The notes below the pieces were generated by a model. The model saw only the letters and a program-made list of their open reading frames with translations, was not told the DNA's origin and searched no databases. Positions 1 through 12,520 of a DNA stretch of 64,000 bases are shown here, piece after piece. The DNA is from the human T2T-CHM13v2.0 reference genome, Homo sapiens: the NCBI RefSeq assembly GCF_009914755.1, contig NC_060931.1; one strand, given 5' to 3'. Within the stretch, counting starts at the first letter, position 1. Each line of letters opens with the position of its first letter. Position numbers and translations under genes: made by a program.

Positions 1-960
1 AAATGTGCACACATGCACACATGTACACATGTACCCACATGCACACAGAAACACACGTGCACACACAAACGTGCACACATGCACACGTGCACCCACATGC
101 TTGCAGAGACACACACACAAAAGTGCACACACACACGTGCATCCACATACACACACAAACACATACAAAAGCTCATACATGCACACACAAACATGCACAC
201 ACAAGCACACACACATATACACAAATGTGCATACATGCACAAACACACACGCACACGCAAACACATACAAACGTGCACACATGCACACGTCCACCCACAT
301 GCACACAGAAACACACATGCAGGCACAGACGCATACACACACACACAAACACGCACATATGCACACATGTACCCACCTGCACACAAACACACACATACAT
401 ACGTGCACACAAGCACACATGCACCCACATGCACACACACAAATGTGCACGCATGCACACATGTACCCACGTGCACACACAAACATACACACAAAAGCTC
501 ATACATGCACACACATGCACACACAAGCACACACATATACACAAATGTGCATACATGCACACAGAAACACACACACAAACACATACAAACGTGCACACAT
601 GCACACGTCCACCCACATGCACACAGAAACACACATGCAGGCACAAACGCATACACACACACCCACACACCCACATGCACACAGAAACATGCACACACAT
701 AGGCACACATGCACCCACATGTAAGCAAAAACACACATGCAAAACCCATGCACATACACATAAGCACACAGAAACACACACACAAACACATGTGCACACA
801 CAAGCACACATGCACCCACGTGCATGCAGAAACACACAGTCATACAAAGCACATGCCTATGCACGTGCACACACGCTCACTCACACAAACACAAACATGC
901 ATACACACACGTGCCTGTGCACAGATGCTCACCTGCCCAGGAGCTCACATCCCCAGGGCA
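1..960. repeat. Degenerate (CA)n/(CACATG)-type low-complexity simple repeat
   Basis: Alternating CA/TG-like tract with variants (cacatg, cacacg, cacaaa); yields His/Thr-rich ORFs in several frames. Confidence 0.95.
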
Positions 961-1659
961 CACATATGCCATATTTACTCGTGTACACACAGGGACACTA
1001 CAGTGGTTAAAACCAGCTGGCACAAGAATCAGGAGTGTGGCTCTTTGCTCTTGCCCCAGGAGTCGGGGCCGGTTTGAAATTTGTGGCACACCAGAGGACC
1101 ACAGACCTGCTCTAGAGAGCGCAGGGGCCTTGCTGCCTCCAGATGTGGGCAGAGACGCCCTTGGCAGTGATACTGCCTCTTGCTGTTCCATCCTCATCCC
1201 CTCCAGAGGTCCCCAGGCCCTGGCTGCAGGTTTGCGTGGCCCACCAAGGGTCACAGGTGCACAGAAGGCACTGGGCACGGTGCAGTGGCCATCACATTCC
1301 CCTGGGGTGCCCTGGATGGGGCCACCTTTGTCCTCTCCAGCTGGGGCCATACTGGGATTATGGCAGAGGTGCCGGCAGGACAGGAATCTCTAAGAAGAAA
1401 AGACCACATAGCCTGTGTGGAGGGCAAGAGGGAAGGTGGGCCCCTCCTGGCCCCACTTCTGTGCCCCTAAGCATGCCCAGGTGAGCATCCTACACCTGGC
1501 CACTGGGGCACCTGACTCAGGTCCAAGCCGAGCACCATAGTCCCACTCACAGGGCACCAGGGTTGCCTCACTTATGGGCATATGGCCCAGTCTCAGCAAA
1601 TGAGATGGCAATGCTTTGGCTGCCCAGGCCCCAATCCTGAGCAGCATGGACGGGGGGAC

Positions 1660-2660
1660 ACCCGGGCCCCTCCACCACCATGGGGACATCCAGGGCCTCT
1701 ACCACGATGAAGGAGGCCCATAGTGGTAGACAGTTCTCCACCACCCAGGCCCCTCTACCATCATGGGGGACATCCAGCCCTCTCCACCACCATGGGGATG
1801 TCCAGGCTTCCATCGTTCCCATGATGGGGAACATCCAAGCCCCTCATTATGGGGGACATCCAGGGCTTCTACCAGGATGATGGAGACCCAGGCCTCTCCA
1901 CCACCACGGAGGACGTCTGGGCCTCTCCCCCACCACGGGGACGTCCGGGCCTCTCCCCCACCACGGAGGACGTCCGGGCCTCTCCCCCACCACGGAGGAC
2001 GTCCGGGCCTCTCCACCACCACGGGGACGTCCGGGCCTCTCCCCCACCACGGAGGACGTCCGGGCCTCTCCCCCACCACGGGGACGTCCGGGCCTCTCCA
2101 CCACCATGGAGGACGTCCGGGCCTCTCCACCACCACGGGGACGTCCGGGCCTCTCCACCACCATGGAGGACGTCCGGGCCTCTCCACCACCACGGGGACG
2201 TCCGGGCCTCTCCCCCATCCACGGAGGACGTCCGGGCCTCTCCACCACCACGGGGACATCCGGGCCTCTCCACCACCATGGAGGACGTCCGGGCCTCTCC
2301 ACCACCACGGGGACGTCCGGGCCTCTCCCCCATCCACGGAGGACGTCCGGGCCTCTCCACCACCACGGGGACGTCCGGGCCTCTCCCCCATCCACGGAGG
2401 ACGTCCGGGCCTCTCCCCCACCACGGAGGACGTCCGGGCCTCTCCCCCACCATGGAGGACGTCCGGGCCTCTCCACCACCACGGGGACGTCCGGGCCTCT
2501 CCACCACCATGGAGGATGTCCGGGCCTCTCCACCACCACGGGGACGTCCGGGCCTCTCCCCCATCCACGGAGGACGTCCGGGCCTCTCCCCCACCACGGA
2601 GGACGTCCAGGCCTCTCCACCATCATGGAGGACCTCTGGACCTCTCCACCACAACGAGGG
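1660..2660. repeat. CpG-rich minisatellite (VNTR), 29-30 bp unit ccaccacgg(a)ggacgtccgggcctctcc(c/a); homogeneous core ~1893-2610
   Basis: Directly visible tandem units, degenerate copies at both flanks. Confidence 0.97.
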
Positions 2661-2906
2661 AAGCTGTCCCAGGACAGGGCCAACACCACAGATGGCCCAG
2701 GCAGCCAGGTCCTGGGTCACATAGCAGAGCTGAATCAAATTCACCCTGAAGTCCACAATGGCAGCCAACCTAAGAGTCTCACAAGCCCATTTAAACCCTT
2801 TCTTATGTGGGGTAGTCTGAGCCGGGCTTCCTCCTAAATGCCACAGACATGAAGCCTGCGGGCAGAGCCCCTCCTCCAGGCATCCTCCTGGCCTCTGTGA
2901 AACAGT

Positions 2907-2996
2907 CCCAGGTGCAGAGGCTGACGCGTGGACACAGGCCCCACGGGCAGCCCCAGGTGCAGAGGCTGACGCGTGGACACAGGCCCCACGGGCAGC
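2907..2996. repeat. 45-bp tandem duplication (2 copies)
   Basis: cccaggtgcagaggctgacgcgtggacacaggccccacgggcagc at 2907 and 2952. Confidence 0.9.
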
Positions 2997-3242
2997 AGGA
3001 TCAAGGGCTCCCCCAGGCGCCGCAGAGTCGTTTCCCTTCAAAGCCTTGAAGTCAGCCCCGCCCCTCGCAGAGCCCTTTCTTGCTATATAAGGGAACACCA
3101 GGTTCCAATGTGGGTATCGTGTCTCTTTGGGTGGGTGGGCGTTATTCTGCCTTCTGCCTGTGCGTGTGTGAACAAAACAGACGTGTGTGCACCCGGCCCC
3201 ATGCCCACCTGTGTCTGCAAACAGACAGACAGACAGACACGC

Positions 3243-3420
3243 TGCCTTAGTCCAGATTTCCCAAAAAGCAGAGTCTGAGGCAGGGATTTCGGTGCAGGTG
3301 GTTTATTTGGGAGGAGACCCGAGGAAGCCGGAGGAGCGGAGGGGAAGTCAGGAGAGGACATATCCATGAGCTGACCGCTGCCCTGGCCACTGCTAAGCAC
3401 ACACGGGACCCCGTAGCTAG
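3243..3420. mobile_element. Old ERVL-type LTR fragment (LTR16-like)
   Basis: gcagagtctgaggcagggatt...gtttatttgggagg...aggaagc resembles the LTR16/LTR33-family terminus as recalled. Confidence 0.5.
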
Positions 3421-3457
3421 GGATGCGTCTGTGGACTTCGCGCCCCAATCAGGGCCT

Positions 3458-3660
3458 CCCTGGACCAGTGGAGGAGCCTGTCGTCCTGGTCCCTCATGGG
3501 TGAAGCTTGTTAACCCCGAGGGCCCCTGGACCAGCGGAGGAGACTGTCGTCCTGGTCCCTCGTGGATGACGCTTGTTAACCCCGAGGGCCCCTGGACCAG
3601 CGGAGGAGCCTGTTGCCCTGGTCCCTCGTGGATGATGCTTGTTAACCCTGAGGGCCCCTC
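3458..3660. repeat. 66-bp tandem repeat, ~3 copies
   Basis: tggaccag recurs at 3461, 3527, 3593; 22-aa periodicity in ORF 3431..3688. Confidence 0.92.
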
Positions 3661-4419
3661 ACCAGAAGAGAGGCGTGTTCGGGTTTAACCTGTGGAGAGG
3701 CTGATATCCTTGCAAACGTCTCCCAGCACTCCTGCCTCTAAGTTTAGTGCCACACAGAGACCAAATAAAGGGGAAGGAATGGGAAACATCTGGAAACACT
3801 GACAGTGTGACTCTTTTTTTCCTAAAAAACTGATAAAAATAGTGTCATAGACAAGTTCGTTTTCTAGGCAATGTTATTTTAGGCAGGATGTGTTAATGGC
3901 ATGAGAATTAGTACAAATTAAGTAATTAGGCTAGGCTGGCAGCTAGAGCTGGCAGGCGCCAACAGCCCGCAGTTCGACAGTTTCTGTCCTGACGCTGCGT
4001 GTTTGACAACAGCGGTGAGGGAAGCATGCCACACAGCAGAGGATGCGGGGCAAGGGCACGGGTCGGTGGCCAGGGTGCTCTTGAACACCTGTGTCCTCTG
4101 GGTGTCCCTCTGGGACTCGGGGACAGGGCAGCCCAGACTCAGACTAATCCCGTGGGCCTGGAGTGCTCAGTGGACACCAGGCCAGCCAAAGCCCTCCTGC
4201 CGGCTGTCTGGGCAACGACCTTCACTCTGGACAGAGCTGCGGGGCCAGGAGACCCTGTGAGGCTCACCGACCCCCAACCCGGTACCCCGCTCTCTTGCAA
4301 GGGTGTCTGCCTGTGCCAATTTTCACAGCAGCGGGTGGGTTCCGTGGGCCTCCACAGGTGCCTGGCTGGACAGCAACGTTGGTGATGGCTCCCTCATAGC
4401 GACCCGCTCTGAGAGAACT

Positions 4420-4510
4420 GCTAGCCCCTTTCACAGATGGGGAGACTGAGGCTGCAAAGATGAGCGGATTTCCCAGAGCATCAGAGCCGGGGGTGGGAGA
4501 GCTGGATCGC
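4420..4510 (-). mobile_element. MIR fragment
   Basis: MIR core-like tttcacagatggggagactgaggct. Confidence 0.6.
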
Positions 4511-5004
4511 TCACTCTCCTCCATACCTTCCCAGGTCTAGGGCAGGCAGGACTCCGTGCAGGACCCCCAAGAGCCCCGCTCTGTGCGACGAGGATGGCAG
4601 CGTCCAGGGCACGTCCTGGCTGCCGGTGTCCTAAGGGCAGGATGGGCAGCTCTGCTGGAGGCCTCCAGGTGCTGCTGGTGGGAGCCATGCACCCAGCAGC
4701 TCTAGCACGGCAGGTTGCTGTGCATGGCCCAGACAAGCCCCTCCTGTGCTCTCAGCCTTAGTTACCTCCACTGCAGGAGAGGGCTCCAGGCTCGTTGGGA
4801 GGGTTTAAAAGTGAGATGCACCCTGGGGGACACAGGAAACACTCAGCAACCATCATCCTTGCCGCTACTGTGGGCCCTGGACACACCCTGGACTGAAGTC
4901 CTGTTCCCTCTGTGACCTCCCAAAGCCCAAGCTTCAGTTTCTCTCTTAGTCAGTCCATCTTCCAGAGAAACTTAGCTTTCAGCAGAATCTCCTTTCTTTC
5001 TTAA

Positions 5005-5240
5005 TTTTTTTTCTTTTTTTGCGACAGGGTCTTGCTCAGTCACCCAGGCTAGAGTGCAGTGGCGTGATCATAGTTCACTGCGGACTTGACCTCGTGGGCT
5101 CAAGGGATCCTCCGCCCTCAGCCTCCCAAGTAGGTGGGACTACAAGTGCACGCTGCCACACCCAGCTAATTTTTAAATGTTTTGTAGAGACCAGGTCTTG
5201 CTATGTTGCACAGGCTGGTCTTAAACTCCCAGCTTCAAGC
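5005..5240 (-). mobile_element. AluJ, lacking ~50 bp of 5' end
   Basis: Poly-T then gacagggtcttgctc...tgggctcaagggatcctcc...gtcttgctatgttg (J-type diagnostics). Confidence 0.9.
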
Positions 5241-6291
5241 CTTAGCCTCCAGATCCTTCTGCCCAGCCAGAACATTCCCAGATGGAACCAGGTGCCTTTT
5301 CCCCATTATACTCCACTCCCCTCTCACTGGTGCACCCCCAGTGCATCCCAGCACCTTGCCCAGCACACACTCAGTGCCCAGAAATCATTCACTGGGGGCT
5401 TGGATGGCCAAAGCCCATACCAGCCCCTCCTCCCCAGAGGCGGCCCTCCATCCCCAGGCTGCTCCAAGCTCCGTAGGAAACAGACCACATGCCTCCCTCA
5501 CAGCACTGGGAAATTCCTGGAGGCGGCCACCATTTGGGGCCTGCCATCTTCCCACAGGGGCCTCGGAGGAAGCCCCAAGACCCAGCCTCTGGCTACCTTG
5601 TGACGTCCTCTCCTAAAGGACTGGCCTAAGCAGGAGAGCAATTGGATCCCAGCACGGGTCTCACTTTGGATTTGCCAAAATCAGGACTTAAGGCAACGGT
5701 TCGGTGGAGGATGTGCTTTGGGAGGTGGTCTCAGAAGCACAGGGAAGGTGTGGGTTGAAGACCCACAGAGGAGCAGGTTCTGCTGCAGGCAGCTGGGGCT
5801 CCACCGTGCTGGCAACCCCTGAGGAGCTGTTGTGAAACACACCTCGACGCCACCCTATGGAGGGACAGGAATCCCGGGGCATCTCCAGGACTGGCATCTG
5901 TCACTGGCCTGAGGTTGCCCCTGGAAACAATAACACCTGGCACTTTGGGGCTGTCCTGAGTGAGGCTGAAAACGTTTCCAGCCCCCTATGCGAAGCTGCA
6001 GTGGCATACAGGGACCTGAGAGAGGCGTCAGTCAGGGTGCACGGGAGCCGTCCGATGCACCTGCAAGTGGACTGAAAGGGGACCCAAGGGGCCGTGGGTC
6101 AGTAGGCTTAGTGTCTATTAAAGCAACAAATCCCTCTGAGGGAGGAACGGCACCATCTGTGTGGCACCCCTCTACGCGGCACACGGGAGGGTGCAGTGAG
6201 TGTGCCATGCACAGGAATATGATAGCGACCTTGCCCGAGGGTTACTGAGGAACAGGGAAAAGGCTGTGTGAGGCTCCTGGGCATCTCATCG

Positions 6292-6678
6292 GAATACATT
6301 ACCGTGCACAGCAGGGCTTAACGCAACAGAAGGGCGTCTGAACTGAGGAGGCCGGCAGGGTGGGTCCCCCTGAGGGCCACGAGGGAGCGTCGGCTCCAGG
6401 CCCCTCCCGCCTCCGGTGCTGGCCGCGGTCCTTGCCACTCCTTGTCTTCTGGCCATGCCACTCGGATCTCTGTCTCCATGTCTCTGTGGCCCGCTTCTCT
6501 CTGTTCTCCTCTTCTGATAAGGACACTTGTCATTTGATTTACGGCCCACTGGACATCCAAGAGGATTCCAGCTTGAGGTCCTCAGCTAATTACATCTGCG
6601 AAGACCCTGTTTCCAAAGGTCACATTCGAGGGTTTGGGTGGGCACGAATTTTGAGGGGATACCGTCCGATCCGGTGCA
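6292..6678 (-). mobile_element. MaLR LTR (MLT1B/C-like)
   Basis: ataaggacacttgtcatt..gattta..gccc..., taattacatctgc.aagaccct.tttccaaaggtcacattc match reverse MLT1 consensus. Confidence 0.8.
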
Positions 6679-9195
6679 GGGACTTTCCAGCCGCAGGCTC
6701 TAGGGAAGGCTCTGTGCTAAAATGCATCCCCGGTTCACACTGCAGGGCAGGAGTGTGCGGGCGGAAGGAGCCATGCTGTTGAGGGGCCTGGGTAACTGTA
6801 TAACCTGAGGGTCTCCATGTTTTCCGGCCTGCGTGGGTGCCTCTTCCACGTGAGCTCTCCCACCCCCCCACTCCAGAGGGGCGTCCCCTCAAATTGTCAT
6901 CTCTCACCACCCTGGACTCTTCAGGGCAAACCGAGCACTGCTTAATGGAAACATTGTTTCTTCAGAGGTGACAATTCCCCCACACCAGCGTCGTCTCCAG
7001 CCTGGGTAGTCGAAGTGGGGTTCCTGGGCCTGCAGCTCCAGCATCACAGGGCTCCGCCCCGACCTCCTAAATCACAAGACCCTCAGGCGATTCCTGCATT
7101 TGACAATGTGTGAGAAGCACCGGCCTGTGTGGCCAAATCAACGGACAAATTCTCCCCCGGCATCCACGCTTGTCCCCCGGCATCCACGCCTGACCCTAGT
7201 GGTCTTCATCTGGTCCAGAGCTGCCCGAGGAGACAGGACAGAATGCAGCAGTAAGGACGACATTTCCTTCTGCTCACGGGTCCACACCAGGCATGTTTCT
7301 GACAGCAAGGGTCCCCAGCAGCCCTCAACACTCCAGAGATACTGGGATCCGGTGTGTAGGTTCCCACTACCCCTGCTCACTTCAATGACTCCAAACTTTT
7401 TCTGACCATCAAGCATGTTTTTCTAGAAACCCTGTCTTGCCGGGGCAGGTGTTATCAGCCACGTCCTGGTCTGTCCTGCAAAAGGAGGAAATGGCCACGC
7501 GCCACCTCCTAGTTCACCTGCACCTGTGTGGGCAGGTCCCGTGCACCCTGACTGCTGCCACACCTGCTGGGGCGTGAGGACTTTCTCGGGCCCCTCGATG
7601 TGGCTGTGTGTCCAGCTCCCAGGCACTCAGCGCCCTGTCCCTTGTCCCCTGTCTCCCGCCCCCTTGTTTACCAGTGGGGAAGACAGGCCTGGCCGGTGGG
7701 GGTGTGAGTCTGTCCCTGGCCCCAGCTGTGGAGCAGCTGAGCTCATTGGAAACCAGGCTGCGGGCCTGAATGCAGCCCTTGTCTCCTGGCCCCTGTTAAT
7801 AGCCTCTATAACTGCCCAGCATTTCTATTGACTCAAGATAAGTTCCGGGGGCCGGAGAACAGCTCACTGTTTGGCACATGTCTGCTGGCCAGGCCTGGCC
7901 AGACCGGGATGGCAGGGTTTGGTGAGTCCTGCAGGCCAGGCCCCAGCGGTTGGTGCTGGCAGCTCAGCAAACAGCCTGCCCGGGCCACATGTTGCCCTCC
8001 TTATCCCTCGGGCCCCGGCCAGTAACCTTGCGGCGATTACACTATCAGCCTCCCTTGGCAGTGCCAGCGTGTGACACACGTCACATGTTCTCGAAACTCT
8101 GTCCAGAAACAGGTGTTCGAGGTGACATCATATCTGACCAGAGATCACTAAGTCTTCCGACTTCTATCAATATTTGCATTTCCAGCTCCACGGAGAATCT
8201 AATCAGACTTCTGATGACACCTGCCGTGTTTCTGACCCACTGTGCTCCTGGCTGTGGGTATCGAGCCCCCGTCTCCACTCATTTTGGATTTTTACCCTCC
8301 TGAGGGCCTAGTGAGCTGACAGGAAGGGCCTCTGGGGTGGCCAGATGAGGGGAGCAGAGCCAGGGGGTCAGGAAGGAGGCCCTGGAGCAGGAAGAGGTGG
8401 GGTCCAGGCTGCAGGCCTCAGCCTGGGTAGGAAGAGCCCTTGCTGGGCCCTTGGCCTTTGGTGGCTCTGTCCACACCTCTCCAGGACAGAAGCTCAACAT
8501 GCAGGCCCCAAGCGCAGCGGAAGACCCAGACTCCAATGGCCAAATCAGGCCCAGTCCACAAGTGCATCCCAGAGGCCGGAGCAGGGCAGCCCTTGGCCAC
8601 CAGACAAGAGCCAACACTCTGAACCACCACGGATGGGTCCCTGCTCTAGCGGAGGAAACCGCACCCTTTTTAAAAGAAAGAAGCAGAAATAAGAAAACAG
8701 AGCCCCGTGGCACCTGCAGGCGGTGGCGTCTCTCAGGCCTCTGGAGCTCAGGCTCTGGGGAGGGGTGAAGCCCCTCGTGGGCAGTGAGTCCCCTCTCAAC
8801 CAGCCCCAGAGGGCCCCAGAACCCCAGAGAAACTCCCAGCAGCATCTGGGGTTGTATCGAGAAGCCACGAATTGGAGATAACGCCCACCTAATGTCAGAA
8901 CAAATACGAGGCTGAAACCAGAGAGGCCTGGGAGAGATAAGACAGGCGCTCGCCCGGGCCGTGACCCCCGGCCACCCGCACCCCCATCCCAGCCCAGGAG
9001 AAACAAAGCCTCCAGAGCCTCCCGCGTTAATCATTTCTGGGCAGTCCGGGGCAGGGAGGCCCCGTTTCTTGGCTCCCTGGAGGCCCCGCCTGCCAGACCA
9101 GGCCAGACCTCGAGGTTTCTGGGGGTTCCCGTGCCTGGAACCCAGCACCGTGAGACCAGAGGACCCAGCAGTGAAGGAGGCAAACCCTGTCCCCG

Positions 9196-9240
9196 AGCTG
9201 CACACGCTGGAGCTGCACACGCTGGAGCTGCACACGCTGA
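9196..9240. repeat. 15-bp tandem repeat gagctgcacacgctg x3
   Basis: Direct inspection. Confidence 0.9.
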
Positions 9241-10973
9241 GGGTCAAACGTGACATGCAGGCTATTCAGAGAACCACACAACCACACTAGTTAGCGGACA
9301 AAGGGCGGCGTGCCCTGAAGCCCGGGGCCGTACAGCACTGTGGGGTTCCTCACAGGCAAGGGGGATGCGGTAACAGCTTGAAGACGCACATTCCGACTTC
9401 AGGAAGCGCCATGAGGCCGGGAAGGGCTCCGTGCCTGTCCCTGGCTGAGGCTTCACTGGGCATATGAGGAGCATGAGAGGGACAAGCTCCTCCAAACCCA
9501 GGCCCATGTTGAAGTCAGTGTCCCCCAGCTCCCCTGCTGAAAGAACTGGGTGTGACTGGGCAGGGGAGGGAAGGGGAGGGGAGGGCCTCTCAGGATTCCG
9601 AGGAGTCTGTGCTCATGGGGATGCCCAGGCCGCCCCCCAGCCACTGGCAGAGAGGAGCCGTGGTGCCCAAGCCAGGCGGTGGGTCAGAGGCCGAGCGGAG
9701 CCTGGCTGGCTGGCTGTCCATGGGCGGCCTCGGTCCGGTTCTTGTCCGTTCTTGTCCAGGGCAGTGAAGCTCAGCCCTGCAGAAGCCGAGTGGCTGGGGG
9801 GAGCCTGCTTGCACCCACCCGCGGGCAGAAAAGACGCCCTGGCTGGGTGGGGCGGGGAGTCTAACCCCTGCCCTGGCAGGTCAGGTCTGCGGCAACTTCT
9901 CCGACATGGGGGGCAGGTGGTCTTCTGGGCCAGGCTGGGAGTTGGCAACTGGGAGAGGGAGCAGGAGGAGAGGGAGGCTGAGGGCCCTGGGGGCCACTAA
10001 CAGGGGAGATGGGGAGGGCCAGAGTCGCCCCCACAGCGGCCACAGGACAGGACAGCGGCGGGACAGTGGCTGAACCCAGTCCCAGGTGCCAGGTGCTCCT
10101 CACCTGTGGTGGAGGACTCCACGCACACGCCAGTGGGATCTTCCTTCGAACGGACACATTCCAGGGGAGTGTAGATTATTGGGCTCACACAGAGGAAGTC
10201 GGGAAGCACAGATCAGGACCTGGGAACCCCGTTCAAGACCAAGCAAAGACCTGGGCCACAGAGCAGCAAGAGCTGGAGTGTGGGCTCAGCCGTGTGACCC
10301 CAGGTCCTCCCTGTTTCCATGAAGGAGAGGCACGTTCCAGGCAGGGCAGGAGAGCTCAGCTGGCCCCAGGCAGGGAGCGTGTATGCAGGTGCGTGCTCGT
10401 GTGTGCACGTGTGTCTGAGCGCGTATGTGTGCGTGTGCAGAGTGAGAGCGTGCTGACCCTGGTAACAATTTGAATTCCAAAAGCTTTATTATAACCTTGC
10501 CTTTGTTCGTGGATGTTCAGTGAAAAGGTATTTTCCAGAGCAAACACTATCGATCCGGTGTCATGAATCCTGGACCAATGGTCTAACCTTGAAGTCCGTT
10601 TCCAATCAATTTTTCATTTGCCTGAAATTATGTTCACAGAGCTCATTTTTCTTCCATTTCCGTTTTACAACAAAATTATGATTTACTGTGAGTTCTTTGT
10701 ATCCGTGTTCATGATCACGGCTTCTCACACGGGGGTCCTTTGGGAACCTGTGGACAGGCTGAGATCAGTCGCTGGGGCAGATGCAGGCCTCTCCCCACTC
10801 ACTCCTCAACATCCCCATCTTTGTGGAATCAACATCCACTTTTTGGGAGGTCAAATGTTGCAAAATTCTTTCCCTCTAGCCCAAAGGAAAATTGGCTGTG
10901 GATATGTTAGTGGGTAACGATTACTCTGTATGGACGATTTCTGCTGTTTTTTTTACTTCTTAGAGAATTATGT

Positions 10974-11045
10974 GATCTCCTGAGCTCGTGATCCACCCAC
11001 CTCGGCCTCCCAAAGTGCTGGGATTACAGGCGTGAGCCACCACAC
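10974..11045 (-). mobile_element. Inverted 5' portion of an Alu left monomer (part of composite AluY)
   Basis: gatctcctgagctcgtgatccacccacctcggcctcccaaagtgctgggattacaggcgtgagccacc = reverse complement of Alu 5' ~75 nt. Confidence 0.93.
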
Positions 11046-11510
<465 letters not shown>

Positions 11511-11636
11511 TTATGTGACTGAGAAAAGAGAGAGACAGGAGAAGAGGGAGAGGGGGAGGCAGAGGGGCGCAGGAAAGAAGAGACAGATGGTCAGGGTGGG
11601 CAGGGTGTGAGCGGGACAGCCTCCAAGCTCCACAGG

Positions 11637-12074
11637 ATGCATGATTTGTGTCCCCTTGACTGGGTCACGGGTGCCTAGTATCCGCCTAAGCATTATTTCA
11701 GGGGTGTCTGAGGGGGTGCTTCCGGAAGAGCTTGGCATTCGAACTGAAAATGAGCGAAGATGCCTCCCCAGTGTACACGGGCACCACTCCAGCCCTGAGT
11801 GAGGCTGGTTTGCACTCTGCCTGCCTGAACGGGATCATCTCATCTCCTCCTCCTCCTCTCCTGCCCTAGGACGGGGCTCACTCCATCGGCTCCCGCGGTT
11901 TCAGGCTTTCAGGCTCGACCGGAACGCACTGTACAGGCTCCCTGGGTCTCCAGCCTGCAGACGCAGGTGGTGGGACGCCTTGGCCTCCTTAGTCGATGAG
12001 CCTGGTCCTCACGGGACATCCCTATACCTCTGCCTCCTGTTGGTCTGTTTCTGTGGAGAACCCTCAAAAACACA
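11637..12074 (+). mobile_element. ERVL LTR (MLT2 family)
   Basis: tgtgtc..cttgactggg.cacgggtgcc...gggtgtctg.g.gggtg.ttccggaagag...gggtctccagc.tgcaga...ttggtctgtttct.tggagaaccct. Confidence 0.82.
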
Positions 12075-12117
12075 CCATGAGGTCAAGAGCCCCCAGCCTG
12101 GAAGTGATGAGGTTGTG

Positions 12118-12520
12118 TCTCACGCCAACCACCACCGCTGCCACCCGGGGTCACACGCCAACCACCACCGCAGCCGCCCGGGGCTCACACGCCAACCACC
12201 ACCGCCGCCGCCCGGGGCTCACGCGCCAACAAACACCGCCGCCGCCCGGGGCTCACACGCCAACCACCACTGCCGCCGCCCGGGGCTCACACGCCAACAA
12301 ACACCACTGCCACCCGGGGTCACACGCCAACCACCACCGCCGCCGCCCGGGGCTCACACGCCAACAAACACCACCGCCACCCGGGGCTCACACGCCAACC
12401 ACCACCGCAGCCGCCCGGGGCTCACACGCCAACCACCACCGCCGCCACCCGGGGCTCACGCGCCAACAACCACCGCTGCCACCTGGGGCTCTCATGCCGA
12501 CAAACACCGCTGCTGCCCAG
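12118..12520. repeat. CpG-rich minisatellite, 34-bp unit gggctcacacgccaaccaccaccgccgccgcccg, ~12 copies
   Basis: gggctc recurs at 12181, 12215 etc. Confidence 0.95.

Noticed and set aside
1699-3098. Six overlapping 240-410-aa ORFs on both strands
   Set aside because: VNTR read-through
6868-6888. Possible CTCF motif ctccagaggggcgtc
   Set aside because: Core spacing does not fit the consensus
9026-9038. HNF1-like GTTAATCATTTCT
   Set aside because: Single imperfect site with no supporting cluster
8279-9256. 325-aa minus-strand ORF (also 14119..14949 and 57373..58206)
   Set aside because: No recognisable protein family; long ORFs are expected by chance in GC-rich DNA
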